Shown one piece after another: positions 43,319-51,788 of a stretch of DNA of 64,000 bases. Within the stretch, counting starts at the first letter, position 1; each line of letters opens with the position of its first letter. This DNA is from a virus. The notes beneath the pieces were generated by a model. That model was given only the letters and a program-made list of their open reading frames with translations, ran no database searches and was not told the DNA's origin. A program made the position numbers and the translations under genes. Where the stretch lies: IMG/VR virus record IMGVR_UViG_3300020048_000073, positions 28,419 through 92,418 of that record. One strand, 5' to 3'.

Positions 43319-43987
43319 TTACTGGGGATTTACAAGAAACTCGCGCACCATTGGGAAAATACTAGACAATGCTTCGGCACATGCTTGGGCAATTTCTCTG
43401 TGTTCTTTTTGAGTTTCAGGACCTGACCGTAATTCAATGTAATGTAGCCACGATCTTAACGTACCCTGCATGTACAAGCGACTAACTGTAAGTCCTTCAG
43501 GCAACACAGCACGGGCTTGTTCTTTGGCTATGCCCTTTTCTAATGCCCAGCGATACGATCGTTGTGCGGCAGCAATAACATAGTCTTGTTGCGTTTCCCA
43601 GTTCATTTGTAGTCCAGGATTGTCTATCTCAATACTATTTTGGCGATTCTTATCGTCTTGAAGTCTAGCTTCTTTGAATTCAAAACCTAAATCGGCTACT
43701 GCATAGCGTTGACTAAACTCTTGAAAACTAAAACTACGATGCCGTAAAATTTGCCGTGCAATATCGCGAGTTGTTTCAATCTCAACGCACGCTGAAACCA
43801 TTTCCAATGGTGACCAGTGTTGATGTTTGATAAGATATCGAATTAACTTTTCAGAAGTTTCTGTGTTTAACTGATTAGAGGGATTACTAACCCTAGCGCA
43901 GTAAGCAACTAGCTCTTGAGCATTTACTATGCCTTGATCAATTAACGTTGCGCTGGGTTGGCTACTGCTTATTAAGGTTACTTTCAA
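43319..43987 (-). CDS. thyX: Flavin-dependent thymidylate synthase
   Basis: HWSPLE, RQILRHRSFSFQEFSQRY (RHRx7S), AKEQARAVLP. Confidence 0.96.
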   Translation of the reverse strand: MKVTLISSSQPSATLIDQGIVNAQELVAYCARVSNPSNQLNTETSEKLIRYLIKHQHWSPLEMVSACVEIETTRDIARQILRHRSFSFQEFSQRYAVADLGFEFKEARLQDDKNRQNSIEIDNPGLQMNWETQQDYVIAAAQRSYRWALEKGIAKEQARAVLPEGLTVSRLYMQGTLRSWLHYIELRSGPETQKEHREIAQACAEALSSIFPMVREFLVNPQ

Positions 43988-44286
43988 AGTTTTCCTAAAA
44001 GTTTGTCGGTTTCAGGCTGTACTAGGGCAACAACTGATTTAATATCAACAATAAAGTCTACATCGCGAATAAGATGATCTAATTCTGCAAATTTACGTGA
44101 TACTAAACGTTCTATTTCCTCAAATTCCATGCCTTGTTTTTTAAGAGTATGGATATTGATTGTTTGTTGTTTGCCGCCTTCTAACTTAATTACAATTTTT
44201 TTAATGCACTCTAGTGGGACATCTGTTTTGTTTACGTCTGCTATAATTATTTCCCACTGAGTTAAATAGTCATCAGTTAGTTGCAT
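43984..44286 (-). CDS. Hypothetical protein (likely start MQLTDD)
   Basis: Internal ATG at 44286 overlaps the end of the upstream gene. Confidence 0.6.
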   Translation of the reverse strand: MQLTDDYLTQWEIIIADVNKTDVPLECIKKIVIKLEGGKQQTINIHTLKKQGMEFEEIERLVSRKFAELDHLIRDVDFIVDIKSVVALVQPETDKLLGKL

Positions 44287-45019
44287 CACCCACCGCCACC
44301 TTAGCTTTAGCTGGACGACCACGGCCACGTTTTTCAGCGGCGTGTGCGTCAGATTCAGGTTGTAATGTGGCATCTGCAGGATTAACTCCTGGTGTTATTT
44401 TTTCTGCTTCTTTTTTCATGCGTGCGGCCTCGGCAATCATACCTTTGGCTTCTATTTCCATACGCTTGGCTTGTGTTAGCATATTGGCAGCAATTTGTCG
44501 ATCAGTTAAAGCACCGTTGGGTGTGGCAGTAAACGGATCAGCTGTTGCGGCAGTGGTACGTGCTGCTTGTTCTTCTTTGTAACGAGCCTCGGCCCCACGT
44601 TTGACTTCAGGTGACACCATACCGCGGCTAGCATCATTCTGTGCCATTTTTTTAATGGCCTCTTCACCCAACTTCATTTCGTTTAACATTTTGTTTAGTT
44701 CATCCAACCGAATTTTAGCATCGGTATTGGGAGTAACAATAACATCAGAGCAACGAATTTTTTTAATCATACGCTCATTGTGTAGTGTTTCAAGAATTAA
44801 TCGGCCATCAGATAATAGTGCCGCATGAAGTGCGTTGGCAAACTCGTCTGATTGTTGACCCTTTTCACTTTCAAGAACTTTCATAATAGCATCATGCCAA
44901 GCAGCCGGCAATATTTCTGGATAAATTACCAAACACATATGGCCTTCGCCTGGTACTTCTCTAAAAAGTATTGCTACTTTTTTATCACCATGTTTTCCTA
45001 CGTGTCTCATAAAATTCAT
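44273..45019 (-). CDS. Hypothetical protein with coiled-coil and AT-hook-like C-terminus
   Basis: 248 aa, C-terminal KRGRGRP. Confidence 0.7.
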   Translation of the reverse strand: MNFMRHVGKHGDKKVAILFREVPGEGHMCLVIYPEILPAAWHDAIMKVLESEKGQQSDEFANALHAALLSDGRLILETLHNERMIKKIRCSDVIVTPNTDAKIRLDELNKMLNEMKLGEEAIKKMAQNDASRGMVSPEVKRGAEARYKEEQAARTTAATADPFTATPNGALTDRQIAANMLTQAKRMEIEAKGMIAEAARMKKEAEKITPGVNPADATLQPESDAHAAEKRGRGRPAKAKVAVGDATN

Positions 45020-45228
45020 TGTGCTTCTCCTTTATTTTCCTGTGCGGCCAAGGCTTGCTGTTGTGCCTGCTTGGTTGTTTCGATTACAAACGCTGTTAGC
45101 TTGTCGTAAATTGAACCTACGTCAGCTATTTCTGATGCTTTGAATGTTCCACGACTGACAGCCAATTCAATAATACCGCGAACGGTTTCTAGATCTCCGA
45201 TAGTAATTGTATTGTTTTCCATACACAT
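45016..45228 (-). CDS. Hypothetical protein
   Basis: 70-aa ORF preceded by GTAAATA. Confidence 0.65.
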   Translation of the reverse strand: MCMENNTITIGDLETVRGIIELAVSRGTFKASEIADVGSIYDKLTAFVIETTKQAQQQALAAQENKGEAQ

Positions 45229-45272
45229 ATTTACGCATAAAAAAGGCCATTTAATATTTTTTATGCGTAAAT
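45229..45272. repeat. 16-bp perfect inverted repeat
   Basis: atttacgcataaaaaa-N12-ttttttatgcgtaaat, intergenic. Confidence 0.85.
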
Positions 45273-45310
45273 TAGCACCTTACTGTGTTAATTTGGCAAA
45301 ATTGACTACG

Positions 45311-45706
45311 CTAGTTGTCGGGCCATTCACTGGGAGTCCATCCCAGTTTAAATAAATCTTCTCTAATTTCATCAGTTATTTCGCCTTCTGGAACATACCC
45401 AAGGCGATCAAATAGTTCTTTGGCATCATTGTCGGTTTCGTCGGCAAGAGCAGCAAATCCGCCCATACCAGAGCAATACCAATCCATGTAGTCGCCTTTG
45501 CCCAATAGGTCAGCCACTATTCTCCCCGATCGCCGCCAACTACAGGACCAATACTCATCTTTTAGAATAGTAATAACTTCATTGGGTTGCCAGCGCACAT
45601 TACACATGGCCGCATACAAGTTTTGAGCATAATAGTCGTTGCTTTTTGCTTTATTCACTAACCATTCCGAGGACATCATATCTCGGAACATGTCACGATC
45701 CATTAT
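45311..45706 (-). CDS. Hypothetical phage protein
   Basis: Likely start MDRDMF. YAQNLYAAMCN, WSCSWR and DYMDWYCSG motifs. Confidence 0.7.
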   Translation of the reverse strand: MMDRDMFRDMMSSEWLVNKAKSNDYYAQNLYAAMCNVRWQPNEVITILKDEYWSCSWRRSGRIVADLLGKGDYMDWYCSGMGGFAALADETDNDAKELFDRLGYVPEGEITDEIREDLFKLGWTPSEWPDN

Positions 45707-46974
45707 CGAGTTTCCTCTTCGTAATATGCGTGTTGTCCCCAAGGAGGTGTAATAGTAGTACTACCATGAATAATAAACACAGTGTCACAATATTGCTCAT
45801 CGCCCCACGAACCGCCGGGGTATCCGTCAGTGAACATGATGTGCCGCTTGGGTTGAATATCGTTATTTTTAAAATATTCAAACACACAATCAAAATCAGT
45901 GCCGCCACCACCTTGAACTTCGTAATCACAAATACTATCTAAATTATCACTGTCGTATGTTTGCGGATTGTAAGTATTGGTATCAAATGTAACGATGTGT
46001 AATTTGTAAGCTGGAAAACTATCCATAATTCCCTGCACTTCAGCCAAAAAGTCTTTGAGCATACGTTCGCCAATACTACCCGAAGCGTCAATACTAATTG
46101 CCACGTCAATTAGCTCGTCATTTTTCATACCAGGCATAACTGCATCCATGTGCCATCCACGTCTACTACTACGCATCCAAGTAAAATCACTTTTAATAGT
46201 AGACTCAAGATTCATACGCAACAATTCACGCCAATTCATTTTGGGTTGCGTCATGTCTTCCAGTAGACGTTTAATTCCCAACGGTAAATTACCAGCTCCG
46301 CTGGCACTGGCAGCCGCCAACACAGCTTCCTTAATCTCGTCTCGAATTTTATCTCGATCAGCTTGACTAATTGACGGACGACCGGTGCCTGATTTTTCGT
46401 CGCCTTCGCCTTGTCCTTGGCCGTCTTCACCTTCTAAATGTTCATCTAACATTTTACTGATTAGATCATTGATGTCAATCTTCTCGGCATTTTCATACAA
46501 GATGTCATAGATTTGTTCACTACTCATGCCATCATATTTGGGATCATACAAGCAAGGCACAGTAGTAATTTTTTCACCCACACGATGTTTAATTAAATCA
46601 GCATTGACACAGTAGTCATTGGCAATGTTAAACAGTTGTGGGTCACGATCACCGCGACGACCAAAATGATCATAAACACAATGAAGTACTTCGTGACCAA
46701 ACAAAAACTCAATCTCTTTGGTTTTTAATAAATTAACAAATCTAGAGTTGTAATAAAAATTACGTCCGTCTGTGGCGGCAGTAGGACACCATTCATCGGC
46801 ATTGACTAATTTAAGTCGAGTAGACAAGTTACCAAAAAAGGGTGCTCGTAATAGCAGTCCTACCCGAGCGGTAATTAGTTTTTCTCGTACCTCAGCGTCT
46901 AATTTGGTATCAGTAGGCCCGCACAAGTCCTTAAACTTATCGCTGTCTTTTTTATTTTGTGTAGTAGATGCCAT
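45703..46974 (-). CDS. Metallopeptidase-like/vWA domain protein (MoxR partner)
   Basis: TAATDG, HEVLH (HExxH), IDASGSI (DxSxS MIDAS), GGGGTDF, FTDGY. Confidence 0.9.
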   Translation of the reverse strand: MASTTQNKKDSDKFKDLCGPTDTKLDAEVREKLITARVGLLLRAPFFGNLSTRLKLVNADEWCPTAATDGRNFYYNSRFVNLLKTKEIEFLFGHEVLHCVYDHFGRRGDRDPQLFNIANDYCVNADLIKHRVGEKITTVPCLYDPKYDGMSSEQIYDILYENAEKIDINDLISKMLDEHLEGEDGQGQGEGDEKSGTGRPSISQADRDKIRDEIKEAVLAAASASGAGNLPLGIKRLLEDMTQPKMNWRELLRMNLESTIKSDFTWMRSSRRGWHMDAVMPGMKNDELIDVAISIDASGSIGERMLKDFLAEVQGIMDSFPAYKLHIVTFDTNTYNPQTYDSDNLDSICDYEVQGGGGTDFDCVFEYFKNNDIQPKRHIMFTDGYPGGSWGDEQYCDTVFIIHGSTTITPPWGQHAYYEEETR

Positions 46975-47002
46975 GTGTATCCTTGTGTTCTAAGTATTGT
47001 AT

Positions 47003-47031
47003 ATTATAGCACGTTAACGAATTAAAGTCAA
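47003..47031 (-). promoter_or_regulatory. sigma70 promoter TTGACT-N17-TATAAT with extended -10 TG
   Basis: Near-consensus, upstream of the vWA gene. Confidence 0.75.
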
Positions 47032-47060
47032 CCTCAAATATTACTGTAAATCTATGTTTT

Positions 47061-47360
47061 CTAAAGATATTTAAGCTGAAACCACGTGTGTGCGGCCTCA
47101 TTAAAGAAATCCAAGTGTATTTGTTGCTCGTAACGATATCTATAGGCTAAATTAGGGTCTATTACCTCTTGGGGATCCGTTCCATCAATATTAATCGGTA
47201 CCAACCCACGATGCCGTCTAACTGTAAACCCCAGCTCACGTTTCATTCTCCAGCTGATTAAAATACTTGGGCCAAAATCTTCAACCAATTTGGTACTTAG
47301 TTTGGTCCAGTCATCTGGTTTACAAAAAATAACTAAGTTGCGTTTGATAATTGTCTTCAT
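47061..47360 (-). CDS. Small hypothetical protein (F.LKY family)
   Basis: 99 aa ending TWFQLKYL. Confidence 0.65.
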   Translation of the reverse strand: MKTIIKRNLVIFCKPDDWTKLSTKLVEDFGPSILISWRMKRELGFTVRRHRGLVPINIDGTDPQEVIDPNLAYRYRYEQQIHLDFFNEAAHTWFQLKYL

Positions 47361-47617
47361 GTATTGCCGCCATATTTTAACAAAAATATTAGATATTTTT
47401 GCTCATCAACCACATCGCGTTTGGTGTTTATTAACATGCCTTCAAAGTTTACTTGTATTCCATAATTATCTAATAGCCAAGGAAAAAATGATTCTTTTGA
47501 CCCACCAGTCTTGTCGTAATCTTTTTTTGCGTCTTTAATCTGTAGCCAAAAGGTCTTATCGTCACCCATTATGGTATCTAATCTAGCCTCAGGTGTACGA
47601 TAAAACTCGTCGCTCAT
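47357..47617 (-). CDS. Small hypothetical protein (F.LKY family)
   Basis: 86 aa ending YLIFLLKYGGNT. Confidence 0.65.
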   Translation of the reverse strand: MSDEFYRTPEARLDTIMGDDKTFWLQIKDAKKDYDKTGGSKESFFPWLLDNYGIQVNFEGMLINTKRDVVDEQKYLIFLLKYGGNT

Positions 47618-47886
47618 AATGCTGTAATATCCCTACTGCGCAACTTGACCATCAAAAAATCCTTGGGATCAACTCGTCCCCACGATGTATCGTTTCTTGG
47701 TGCCTTGACCAATGTTACCCCGTTGGCATTTTCCAACCAGACACGTTCAGCGTGAGATACTGCTGCGTCGTGCAACTTCCAGTTGAAGTCACGATTACTG
47801 GGGTGTACGTTGTAGATGGCAAGATATTCGGTATGTTTACCAAACACTGTAATATCACTGGGAATTTTGTAATAATAATTAATCAC
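47614..47886 (-). CDS. Small hypothetical protein (probable GTG start)
   Basis: GTG at 47886 overlaps the end of the upstream gene. Confidence 0.55.
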   Translation of the reverse strand: MINYYYKIPSDITVFGKHTEYLAIYNVHPSNRDFNWKLHDAAVSHAERVWLENANGVTLVKAPRNDTSWGRVDPKDFLMVKLRSRDITAL

Positions 47887-48088
47887 AGCCCCACCTAATA
47901 ATAAAAGCAGTGGCATCATGATCAGTGTCAAACTCTAGCACAGTGCCTTTTACGTGATCCATACCACGTGGTAAATTTTTTGATATCCACTCTTCAAGAA
48001 CAGATTGGTTATTAATCCACCAATCGTAATCTGATATTGTCACTATGGGCATCATATTTTGTTTAGAATAAACTAGGCGTGCTGTCAT
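47879..48088 (-). CDS. Small hypothetical protein (F.IRW family)
   Basis: GGAG RBS. 69 aa ending ATAFIIRWGCD. Confidence 0.65.
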   Translation of the reverse strand: MTARLVYSKQNMMPIVTISDYDWWINNQSVLEEWISKNLPRGMDHVKGTVLEFDTDHDATAFIIRWGCD

Positions 48089-48114
48089 ATGTACTCCAAA
48101 TGTGATTTTAAAAT

Positions 48115-48165
48115 AATGGGGGGCGGTGCGAACACAGCCCTGTGTAATACTGCCCCGCCCCCATT
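48115..48165 (-). promoter_or_regulatory. GC-rich stem-loop in the 3' UTR of the AAA gene
   Basis: ATGGGGGCGG...CCGCCCCCCAT stem starting a few nt after the stop codon. Confidence 0.6.
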
Positions 48166-48169
48166 AAAA

Positions 48170-49252
48170 TTACTGCGAGTTAATAATGTATTTGCCGTAT
48201 TTCTTCTGAAATTCATCAAACGTTTTTAACTTAGTGGGCAAGAACGGTAAGTTGTAAGTTGTCAGCGCAATACGTGATCCCATAATCACCAACTCAGTCT
48301 CAAAGTTCTTCATAATGTAAGAGAAGAAATTGTCAGCCATAGTATGGAAATCTTTATCTGGTATTTTACGTTCTACAGCAGATTTTAGCTCATAGCACAT
48401 ACTGATTACCAAAGAGTACATTGCTGATACTTCTTTAACTTCCAAGTCAGTTACCTTACCTGATAAGATATCTTCGGGTTTGGGCATACGACCAGCAAAT
48501 TTACGGTGTGCCATAAACTTAACAGCAAGACCTTCACCAACGGTACCAGCAATCAAATTCATTGTTGTGTCATCGTCAGCATCGTCATCATCAAGAATTT
48601 GACTTACAAAAGTCCAACTACGTGGTGTAGCAAAACTACGTGAACTGGATTTGGGATCAAAGTCATAAAGATCTTGTTTGGCAAAACTAAGATAACCAAC
48701 AACGTCCTTGTGAATGTTATTATTAACAGCCCAATCTTGCCATGAAGCAAAATCTACTTTCATCTCTTGGTGAATAAAACGATTTGCCAGCGGAGTAGGC
48801 ATACGATAAGTAACGCCCTTGTCACTTTCGCGGTTACCTGCGGCCACAATCACCACATTGTCTGGCAAAAAGTATTTGCCAATGCGTCGATTTAAAATTA
48901 GCTGATACGCCGCCGCTTGTACACTGGGTGCCGCACTGTTCATCTCATCTAAAAATAAAATTACCACTGGGTATTGGCTGGCAAACTCTTCGCTTGGCAA
49001 GTCCACTGGCTCAGCCCAGTCCATTTTACCATTGTCTTTGTTGTAAAATGGGATACCACGAATGTCCGTTGGCTCCATTTGTCCCAGTCGAAGGTCAATC
49101 ATGTGACCTTTGAGTTCATCGGCAATGCCCGCTACCAGCTCAGACTTGCCAATTCCTGGAGGACCCCACAAAAAGATAGGACGTTTTTTAGAAAACGCTT
49201 TTAATAAACTCTTGCGGGCTTGTACTGCTGATACTTGTCTTGTTTCGGACAT
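48170..49252 (-). CDS. MoxR-like AAA+ ATPase
   Basis: Walker A GPPGIGKS, Walker B LFLDE, AAGN sensor, LANRF, TPRSW. Confidence 0.92.
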   Translation of the reverse strand: MSETRQVSAVQARKSLLKAFSKKRPIFLWGPPGIGKSELVAGIADELKGHMIDLRLGQMEPTDIRGIPFYNKDNGKMDWAEPVDLPSEEFASQYPVVILFLDEMNSAAPSVQAAAYQLILNRRIGKYFLPDNVVIVAAGNRESDKGVTYRMPTPLANRFIHQEMKVDFASWQDWAVNNNIHKDVVGYLSFAKQDLYDFDPKSSSRSFATPRSWTFVSQILDDDDADDDTTMNLIAGTVGEGLAVKFMAHRKFAGRMPKPEDILSGKVTDLEVKEVSAMYSLVISMCYELKSAVERKIPDKDFHTMADNFFSYIMKNFETELVIMGSRIALTTYNLPFLPTKLKTFDEFQKKYGKYIINSQ

Positions 49253-49305
49253 GGGCTGTGTTTCCTTAAGTTTAGTTACAGTGGTTAAATTTTTAATACA
49301 AGTAC

Positions 49306-49334
49306 ATTATACTATTAAAACGATTATTTGTCAA
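49306..49334 (-). promoter_or_regulatory. Consensus sigma70 promoter TTGACA-N17-TATAAT
   Basis: Exact consensus upstream of the AAA gene. Confidence 0.85.
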
Positions 49335-49491
49335 CAGATTTAGTGCCATCCATAAAGGTTTCTATTGTTTTTCGACCAAAAGAGTCCAAGGTTTTGTAAT
49401 TTTTAACCAGTTTTTCCACCATAGTCAAGCTGTCAATACCGTAGTATTTGGCGCTTTCTTCAATAATATCAATGGATTCTTCTAATGTCAT
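49324..49491 (-). CDS. 55-aa hypothetical protein, probably leaderless (not in ORF track)
   Basis: MTLEESIDIIEESAKYYG...SVDK*. ATG lies 6 nt after a TACAAT -10. Confidence 0.6.
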   Translation of the reverse strand: MTLEESIDIIEESAKYYGIDSLTMVEKLVKNYKTLDSFGRKTIETFMDGTKSVDK

Positions 49492-49497
49492 AGTGCT

Positions 49498-49526
49498 ATT
49501 GTAACACTATTTGTATTATCTGTCAA
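49498..49526 (-). promoter_or_regulatory. sigma70 promoter TTGACA-N17-TACAAT
   Basis: Near-consensus hexamers with a 17-nt spacer. Confidence 0.75.
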
Positions 49527-50233
49527 CTTACTTGATGAATACGTTTTTTAATTCGACCGTGCATAGTAAAAACAGAGTTTGGCGGAACATTGACGGTACA
49601 AGTGCTACCAATGTACACTACACTATTGGGTCCAATTGACATATGATTGGTTTTTCTTGGAATTAATATGCATCCAACCCCGATTCTAGTATTGTCTAAC
49701 AAGCTGACATGAGCTGTGGTAGTGGCCGCACCAACTATGACATTGTTGTTTATTGTTGTTTCAGTGCCAATGTTACAATCCCAATCAATTACGTTGTAAT
49801 TACCAATTGAAATATGACTGGTAAATTTGGCATGACCTAAAATTAAATTGCCACGGCCAATAGTAACGGTGTCAAACTTGTGAAAAAATGTTGCGGTGGG
49901 GTGTATGAGGTTTACTACATTGACTTTACTTTTTTCTAGGAGATCTATTCTTTGTTGGCGCAGTTGACCGCCATCATGTCCTTGGCCAGATAAGTCTTGA
50001 GTGCCATCCCACCAATTGGCTAGAAAAAATGCATAGTTACGCCATTGACAACTTGGATCCATCAATTCATCTTCACTGCCTATGATAGGAATGTTATCAA
50101 TAAAATCAGTATTACCAAAATAATGTTTGTCGAGTATGCCAACTATTTCGTAACCTAGATCTTTTGCGGTGTAGACAATATCAGAAAGATTTCTGCGACT
50201 ACCTACCAGTATAAGTTTTTTGCTATTATTCAT
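49523..50233 (-). CDS. NeuD/PglD-like sugar acetyltransferase (hexapeptide left-handed beta-helix)
   Basis: N-terminal Rossmann-like LILVG...IPIIGS, NLIHPTA, repeated IG.....IG hexapeptides. Confidence 0.8.
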   Translation of the reverse strand: MNNSKKLILVGSRRNLSDIVYTAKDLGYEIVGILDKHYFGNTDFIDNIPIIGSEDELMDPSCQWRNYAFFLANWWDGTQDLSGQGHDGGQLRQQRIDLLEKSKVNVVNLIHPTATFFHKFDTVTIGRGNLILGHAKFTSHISIGNYNVIDWDCNIGTETTINNNVIVGAATTTAHVSLLDNTRIGVGCILIPRKTNHMSIGPNSVVYIGSTCTVNVPPNSVFTMHGRIKKRIHQVS

Positions 50234-50257
50234 GTAGATCTATTGTGCTATTTGAAG

Positions 50258-50354
50258 CCAGTTTTTCATATGTCAGGAAAACTGGTAAACCCCGTGAGCC
50301 CAGCCCATCCGGTTTTCGGGTCAGCGGAAGCAGAATATGGATACCGGTCTGCTT
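50258..50354 (-). ncRNA. Candidate structured intergenic RNA
   Basis: Helices AAGCAGA/TCTGCTT, AAACC/GGTTT, TGGGC/GCTCA and CCAGTTTT/AAAACTGG in a GC-richer gap. Confidence 0.4.
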
Positions 50355-50360
50355 GATTAC

Positions 50361-50708
50361 TTATCTACCGCGCCCAGCACTGCGAGTAGGCGGCTTTTTA
50401 CCTGTAGGTGGCGCTGTTTTAACTTTCTTTTTGGTATCAGTAGTGGGTGTAGCATCACTGCCATCCACATGAGTCTTGCCCTGTTTCTTTTCCAAGGCTT
50501 TCTTTAATGTTTCTGCGGTTTTGTTCATTTCGCGATCCTTTTTCTTTTGTTCTAAACGATCCATTAAGTCAAGTAATTGATCTTTAGTCAACATTGCCCC
50601 CCATTGCGGTTTTGACTCAACGGGTTTTTCTCGGGGTCTGCGAATTGGCTTGCCCGGGTCTACGTTTTTCTTTGCTACTGTTTTAGTTGGTGTTTTTTTA
50701 GTTGTCAT
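50361..50708 (-). CDS. Small basic K/T/P-rich protein
   Basis: 115-aa ORF. An internal start (MNKTAE) is possible. Confidence 0.55.
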   Translation of the reverse strand: MTTKKTPTKTVAKKNVDPGKPIRRPREKPVESKPQWGAMLTKDQLLDLMDRLEQKKKDREMNKTAETLKKALEKKQGKTHVDGSDATPTTDTKKKVKTAPPTGKKPPTRSAGRGR

Positions 50709-50719
50709 TGTATTTTATT

Positions 50720-50795
50720 TGGCTCCTCGAGCACGGCTTGAACGTGCGACCCCATGATTAACAGTCATGTGCTCTACCGACTGAGCTATCGAGGA
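50720..50795 (-). tRNA. tRNA-Asn(GTT)
   Basis: Cloverleaf, loop CTGTTAA, CCA encoded. Confidence 0.95.
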
Positions 50796-50805
50796 ATTGT
50801 TACTT

Positions 50806-50880
50806 TGGTGCCCCCACCATGACTTGAACACGGGACCTACTGATTACAAATCAGTTGCTCTACCACTGAGCTATAGGGGC
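50806..50880 (-). tRNA. tRNA-Thr(TGT)
   Basis: Cloverleaf, loop TTTGTAA, CCA. Confidence 0.95.
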
Positions 50881-50887
50881 ATACTTT

Positions 50888-51109
50888 TTATTCTACTACT
50901 ACTTCTACTTCTACTACTGGTGCTCGATATGCTGGACGACTTTTAATTACAGCAATTCTACGTGTGATTTTTGCCAAATGTTTTTTGCGTGCTGTGGTCA
51001 ACAGTTTTTCCAACTGTGTCACATTCAATGGACCCAAACGTTCTTTTCCGTTTTTGGTACGCATTGGATCTGCTTTGCGAGTTTTTTGATTTCCACCTTT
51101 AGTTGCCAT
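50888..51109 (-). CDS. Small basic hypothetical protein
   Basis: AAGGA RBS, 73 aa. Confidence 0.7.
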   Translation of the reverse strand: MATKGGNQKTRKADPMRTKNGKERLGPLNVTQLEKLLTTARKKHLAKITRRIAVIKSRPAYRAPVVEVEVVVE

Positions 51110-51166
51110 GTTGTTTCCTTGTGTTGTGTATTACTTATTAACTGTTATTAAGACAGTAGAAATATT

Positions 51167-51240
51167 TGGTTGCGGGTGAAGGATTCGAACCTCCAACTCC
51201 AGCTTATGAGACTGGTAAGATGCCATTTCTACAACCCGCG
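51167..51240 (-). tRNA. tRNA-Met(CAT), initiator-like acceptor stem
   Basis: CGCGGGT/ACCCGCA (C1xA72), loop CTCATAA, CCA. Confidence 0.9.
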
Positions 51241-51252
51241 ATAGTTGTGTAC

Positions 51253-51443
51253 TGTTAAGATTACTGTCAAATGTTTAAGAGTAACCATTAGCCCGAGGTT
51301 TCAGCCCGGTAGTTAGCTCCCCTGATTATAGCGGTCCAATCGTGTCAGCATACGATTCTACTTTTAAGGTAGTGGGTTGAATAACAGGGTGGTGTCTTCC
51401 TTGACAGTTAGGATTGCTTATTCTTTCGCTCAAAATCTTAACA
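51253..51443 (-). ncRNA. Candidate ~190-nt multibranched ncRNA
   Basis: TGTTAAGATT/AATCTTAACA and ACTGTCAA/TTGACAGT closing helices plus internal CCCTG-TTAT/ATAATCAGGG, AATCGT/ACGATT and CCGGG/CTCGG. Confidence 0.55.
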
Positions 51444-51458
51444 TTACACAATACCACT

Positions 51459-51611
51459 TTAACTAGGAATCATTCGAGGCAAATAAGGCACTGCTCTGGG
51501 TCCGTGACGTTGTTGCAGAAGCATACGGGCTTCGTGTACGTCGTTCGCGCCCACACGGTCTTTAAACTCACGACCATCGGGTGTCCTTATTGTGGCCTCG
51601 AATAATTTCAT
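51459..51611 (-). CDS. 50-aa hypothetical protein (not in ORF track)
   Basis: MKLFEATIRTPDGREFKDRVGANDVHEARMLLQQRHGPRAVPYLPRMIPS*. Starts 1 nt after the upstream stop. Confidence 0.7.
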   Translation of the reverse strand: MKLFEATIRTPDGREFKDRVGANDVHEARMLLQQRHGPRAVPYLPRMIPS

Positions 51612-51612
51612 A

Positions 51613-51777
51613 CTATCTGTTTAAAAACTGACTTTGTTTAAACGCTTTAAGAATTTCATGTGTACGCTTATTGGCCTGTGCAATGCTACGACTAACTGCG
51701 GCACGTTTTTCAGATTTAGTCCATTGCCCACTCAGCGTGCGACTTAATTCTGTTGCTGTTTTTTGTAATTTTGCCAT
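51613..51777 (-). CDS. 54-aa basic hypothetical protein (not in ORF track)
   Basis: AAGGA RBS. MAKLQKTATELSRTLSGQW...QFLNR*. Confidence 0.65.
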   Translation of the reverse strand: MAKLQKTATELSRTLSGQWTKSEKRAAVSRSIAQANKRTHEILKAFKQSQFLNR

Positions 51778-51788
51778 GATAGGTTTCC

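Noticed and set aside
265-49343. Many short antisense or nested ORFs inside long genes
   Set aside because: These are shadow frames of well-supported CDSs, with no independent signals.
51253-51443. tmRNA, RNase P RNA, SRP RNA or group I intron
   Set aside because: Their hallmark conserved motifs are not present.
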